Notes under the pieces: model-generated
Databases searched by the model: none
What the model saw: only the letters and a program-made list of their open reading frames with translations
What the model was told of the DNA's origin: nothing
Shown: in pieces, positions 58,761 through 64,000 of the stretch
Layout of the letters: every line of letters begins with the position of its first letter
Numbering within the stretch: position 1 is the first letter of the stretch
Translations under genes and position numbers: made by a program
Source of the DNA: Phoronis australis
Lineage: Eukaryota; Animalia; Phoronida
Length of the DNA stretch: 64,000 bases
Assembly: GCA_002633005.1 (NCBI GenBank)
Contig: NMRA01000037.1
Span: forward strand, 1,136,160 to 1,200,159
Direction of reading: 5' to 3'

Positions 58761-61700
58761 ACAGGATTAAGGTTCCACGTGACAGGCTGACTGCTTGCAT
58801 TCATATAGGACAGATGCTTCACTGGAACTCGGGTCAAGTTCTGTAGGCACAAGAACCTAGCGAAACAATAAAATCACACAAGTCTTCGCTAGATATCGCC
58901 ATTTATTACAAGTGAAGTACGTGATCAAACGCGATTGCCCTGAGTCTACGGAACACAACCCTGGTGAATTTTGAGCTTCTCTCTGTGGCCACGGGGGATC
59001 ATTCATTGAGTTAGGGATGTGATTTACGCCTCATTCGTGACCCGTCTGGACTTCACACTCTTTTCTTGGCAATTTGGGTGATCGACTCTTGCAACGGAGT
59101 TACTCTAGAAAAAATGTAGCTTGCAGGAAATGTTGGCCAGGGGAAGGTTTGCGCCTACGCTAAACCCGTAAGTGTGTTCACTAAGATCAACATTGCCTAC
59201 AAACTAGTTGGACTTGGAAAACTAGATTTTGTTAATAGCTGCAGGTTGCAAGGCTCCTTGTTACACCAGCTTTATTCCCACATCCAATGCCGCCTTGTAA
59301 AACGTGCTGGGAATGGGTGGAAACAGGACGCTTTGCTTATAACTTGCCTCGATTGCAACTTCATTCACTTTCAATCAGATTCCTGTTCTTGGTTATCGAA
59401 ATCGCCAGCGCAATGAAACACATACTCTGACTAAAGAGGGCGCACGGGAAAAGAAACATTACTCTCAGAGTTAATTAACAAATTGCTACATTCTCAACAA
59501 ATTAGGTTGAATCCATTTTAATGCGTTACGTAATTTTTGTGTATGCTTGAGTCAAAGCAGGAAACCGGGTCAGCTATTTGTTTTGTGTGATTTCTGCCTC
59601 ACGGGGAATTAAAAAGTGATTTGTTGACATTTAACAGACAAAAGACGCGTTTCTAAATGGTGTTCGGAATATTTATAGTGCACCCGAGCTCAACTGCATA
59701 CTGGCGTTTGTTTATAACTACAAACTTAGACAATAATCGATGTGTCGGCAAGTTTGCTCTGGAGATAGCATTTTCCGTCTCTTCGATTTCTCTGTTCACT
59801 TAATTTAATGAAAGTAGCGCCATAGCAATAGCGATATTACTTTTTACTACTACACATAAGTAAGCTATGGAAACGTCAGAAGCTACACTCAGTCATGTGT
59901 TAATTATGTTAATTATGTAAATGACGTGGGCTAAGGCGAGGCAACACTACGGAAACTCTAAAATGACAAAGTCATCAAGTTTTCTTGAACACAAGTTTTA
60001 CGAATCAAATATGGATTATTTCCTTTTCTTTTACATTCCAATACAAAATTTGAATTGGATGAAAACAAATTATAGTAAGTGGTTGAGTTTTACTTATAAC
60101 TGTAACCATAACCCTAACTTTAACCCTAATCCTAACCTTAGGGTATGGTGAGGCACGTGGCCCCCTAACGACATGTTTCTGTATTTCCTGGGGGCAAGCA
60201 ATCAATGTAATTCAACATTTTGGTTGTTTTTGCTTATTCTAAAACCATGGATTATCCTGGGCGCATTTCAACCATAATTATTGTTCTCATGACCCTGATT
60301 TACAATTCATACACTGCCGTGACGTAGCTGGTACATTTCTGGCACGTGACCCATTCTGGACACAGTACTGTGTTCAGTCGCGAGTGGGTCATCGGTCTGA
60401 AAACCACAGAAACGATAAATAACTGCATTTTTAATTCATTCACATCATAAACATTGCTTTTCCTTTAAAAGTAAAAAACTGTAACAAGTTCCGAATGGTG
60501 ACGGAAAATGACGAAGCTTTTCTCACACATTCGTTCCTAATTGTACTACTGAAAATATGTAGCCGGAAGTAAACTGGGACGCTAAAACATTTCTTGATTC
60601 CCGATAAGTAGCGATCAAGACAACTTAAGAAAACGACCCAATAGCGTGCCAGCTAATCCTTGTGATTGGTGTTACTTAGTGACTGTTGAGGGAAACACGA
60701 TCTGTTGCGCTCCTGGCGGACATCTGGTAATATGAGTGCAGTAAGATTGATGGATTGTTCCAATCGGCAGAGTTGGCGTTTGCCGGGCAGTTGTCTTGCA
60801 TCAATATTCTGATGTCAGACTCTTTGCGTTTTTAATACGACCATTACACTCTCGTGACCAGTTGGTTCTTGCTGCGATTGACGTTCTGTTTACTCTGGTC
60901 TACACTCTCCGTACCAGAAAGAATGGGAATCCCAGCGCCGTGGAACCTCATGCTGGTGCCGTGACGTAGTTTGATTGACGGAGGCATGTGATGTATTTTC
61001 AGCGTTATTTATAATAATCCCTCAAAGTTCCGTTAGTTAAGAAAGTTTCGAACTCGCTGTGTGGACTTACTGGAGACGAGAGTTGATCGGATATTATAAC
61101 ACACGAGCTACCAACCCAAGTGATGTCTGTGAAAGCTATTATCGTCAAGAAACTGTCACAGAGTATATCATATGAAGGGTAAAGATTTTATGATTTGTAG
61201 CTCAGTCACTCGCCATTGATGTATATTGCGAAGAATTATTCTGTGAATGTTTGATGGCGCGGGCAGAAATCACTTCTGAGTCGGGTTTCTTAATGTTAAT
61301 CTATCAAATACCCGTATTCAGACTTCGTATTTTACACCCCGAAATTCTTGTCACTGATAATATCTCAAATCAATAGCGGGAAATCTTGGTTAATTAAGTA
61401 GCTACGTGTTTTGCCTGTAGTTATCGTGAACGGTTTAGTGACAGTTTAAACAAATCCCATCAAGGTGGAAATTTTCACTGCCTTCCGTTTTCTCTGCATT
61501 TGAAATTAGATCTAACAAGCCCTCTTGTTAAAGTTTGTAAGTGCCACAACCCAAAATTTGCACTTGGTGTTGCCTTTCTTGCTCTTGAGAAATACAGACA
61601 CTTTAAAATAGAAAACACACAACATTGAAATCAAATTTTCTTCTTTACGGTTTCGCCAGACGGCATTTTTCAAATAGTGCTTTGCCCTCCAGCCAGGCTA

Positions 61701-62821
61701 TTTTACTTCAAACGCGAATTTCTTGTTTCCACTCGTATTTCTCAGAGTTGAAACTCTTACATTTTGGTTATGTTCCCACCCGCAAGAACTCTGAATAGTT
61801 TGAATTTCAACGAATTTCAATTCTTCACACCAATTGTTTCAAAGATCATCTTTTTCTCTAATAAGCGTTGCGTGATACTCGGAGCCGTTGGTCACGGTGT
61901 TTCATCTGCCTAACTGTCTATCTGGCTTAATTTCATATCATTTGAGAAATGTCCGGAAGATAGTTCAGGATTAAATTGTCTCCCCCAGGCAATTGCGTGC
62001 CATGCAAAAACATGTATACATTACAAATGTAGCGCGTGACATCAGTGGACATTTTATGCAAGCGCGCTCATGAATGCTGTCAAAATATGTGGTTTGATGG
62101 AGAGCGCTGTGTGAAGTCCGTTCACATGGGTCTCTGTTGACCTCGTGACATTCACCTGCTTGGGTGAACTGAACGCGCATCTGGATGAACCAATGCAAGT
62201 TGTACCTGGTACAAGCGGTAAACGTAACGTACAGTTACAGTGAATCCTCATTAAGCATTCACTTAATTATCTCAATTAGTAAAATACCATTCTCGTTAAA
62301 AAGATAGAAGGATCATGGGTTTCCTCCTCATGTTTTTTGTATACTAAAACCTTTTCCTTGCAAATCACGGTAAACTTTTCGTCGTGATTTAATTTTTTAT
62401 GGAATGAACATTTATTTATTATTACTGGATGCGATTGATTTTTATGATCGTCTGTTTTTTTCGTCCACGTAGATAGATATCATTAAAAACAGATGTCGCC
62501 TAAGAATGTCAATAGACCTGTCTACATAAAATATGACGCGTCAGTTGACCCAGTTCCCCAATAACACTTTTTATTTTCCTAAATCGTAATTTTACTACCG
62601 ATATTTTTACTAAAAAGTAAAGGAATGACACCACGAGAATGTTGGATGAGCTCATCAGAACATAGCGTTGACCAACTGAACAACAGTACCACATTTTGAG
62701 GCACGTAATTAAGACTTGCTGATATCCATTCAAATATATTTGGTACAAGTACTAAATGAGAAAGTGCCCGATTTGTCCAAAAAGGTGAAAAGGTGTCTCG
62801 CTATAATTCTCGGTCACTTAA

Positions 62822-63164
62822 AGCGGCATTAAGTCCGTGCTGTCTGTCGTAAAACTAAAGTTTTAATTTCGAGTACTTACTGTGATAAATTTGATCTTAT
62901 TTTGTTCCTTTCTCAGTTGAGATCTCTGGGCTCTGGAAAAAATAGCAGTACGTTATTTCCAAGACCAAGCTTCAGGACACGTGACCTGGTATTTTATTAG
63001 CTCGATCTGAACAATTAGCAAAATAAAGAGAGCTCATTTGTCTGAAGAAATAAGGAAGAGTCAGATCTTTCCAAGCCCACGTCCAACAATTTGAGGCACC
63101 TCATAACAATGTGTGGCCGATATCAAAATCGTTTTTTGACAAAAAGCACGGGTTTAATGCCCCT
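62822..63164. mobile_element. Kolobok-type MITE
   Basis: TTAA on both sides; about 27-bp imperfect TIR AGCGGCATTAAGTCCGTGCT / AGCACGGGTTTAATGCCCCT. Confidence 0.8.
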
Positions 63165-64000
63165 TTAAATGGACAAGTAAAGAGAATTCTTGGTAAATAA
63201 ATGTTAATTCTACTGCAACACCAAATCAGTTCTTACTAATCTAAATGTTATTATGTTACCAGTTTGCAGCATAAATCGGTCGATATGTGATAACATATCG
63301 GAGATCCTCCTATTTGATTATGCTGGAAAAGGTCTAGTTCGCAAGCATTCAGATGTAACTTAAGATATTTCAAATCAAGGGAAACGAAAGACTTTAAAAA
63401 AGCAGTTCCTGCCACGCATCTAGATTCTTGCTCTGTGTGCTGAGAACTTCTTGATCAAGATAATGCGCGTTTAAGTACATGCGTTTGTTTTGACTTTTCC
63501 CGTTGTATTGGCTAATGGGTTAAAAGCCCACTCTTAAGTGCGCAACGTTATGGTTTACTAGTGCAAGCAAGAACGCTGCGCGCGGAGGTTTGTTTATGCC
63601 TACCCCACCGCTGCGTCAGTTCTGCCGAGAAGGATCAAATTGACTGTAACTAGTTATCTTATACCCCTGCCGACTGTGCATTTGTTTTTGAAACAGCTTA
63701 TTGTATTTGTTTGGAAAGTAAGTCTTTTTAATTATTGATCTGCTTGATCGCTTTGTTATTGGTGAGGGACAGAGGGGACCCTGTATGAAATTGTGGTTTA
63801 CATGTATTCCTCGTACACGTACGTCGAGACATTACTTTCCTCGTATTATTAATTGGGTTGATCGCTTGGGGAGTGCAAAACGTGGGTTTTACCTTGTTTC
63901 GGAAATTATCATTTCTCAAATGGTTTTTGGAAAGCATTTAAAGCCAATTATGAAGAAACGAAATCAAACGTCATTTGATTATCAGATATTTTGTGTCTTT

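Noticed and set aside
60104-60140. CCCTAA-like telomeric repeats
   Set aside because: Only about five degenerate units; a common low-complexity or transposon-internal motif.

Overview
AT-rich, intron-rich animal genomic DNA, probably from a marine invertebrate (the taxon cannot be fixed from the sequence). It comes from a gapped, heterozygous draft assembly. Two convergent genes can be reconstructed exon by exon. TOP3B (DNA/RNA topoisomerase III-beta) lies on + at 1796-19015 with 15 visible coding exons. About 193 nt encoding its catalytic-Tyr segment are absent, most likely lost at a 1-base N join at 11154. NPL (N-acetylneuraminate lyase) lies on - at about 36664-23497 with 9 firm exons, 1 tentative first exon and about 323 aa. 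Three tandem near-duplicates (3.0-7.5 kb, 12.1-13.7 kb, 18.3-24.7 kb) each abut an N join and are most likely uncollapsed haplotypes. Two inverted, internally deleted Kolobok-type DNA transposons carry THAP and KolX (P2X7-ballast-like) remnants, with TTAA target sites. There are also several MITE families, tRNA-derived SINEs and decayed LINE/LTR fragments. No gene is recognisable after about 41.7 kb. The most striking unexplained pattern is that four TOP3B splice junctions are themselves the unit of local tandem repeats, which creates arrays of decoy splice sites. One of these arrays varies in copy number between the two duplicate copies.
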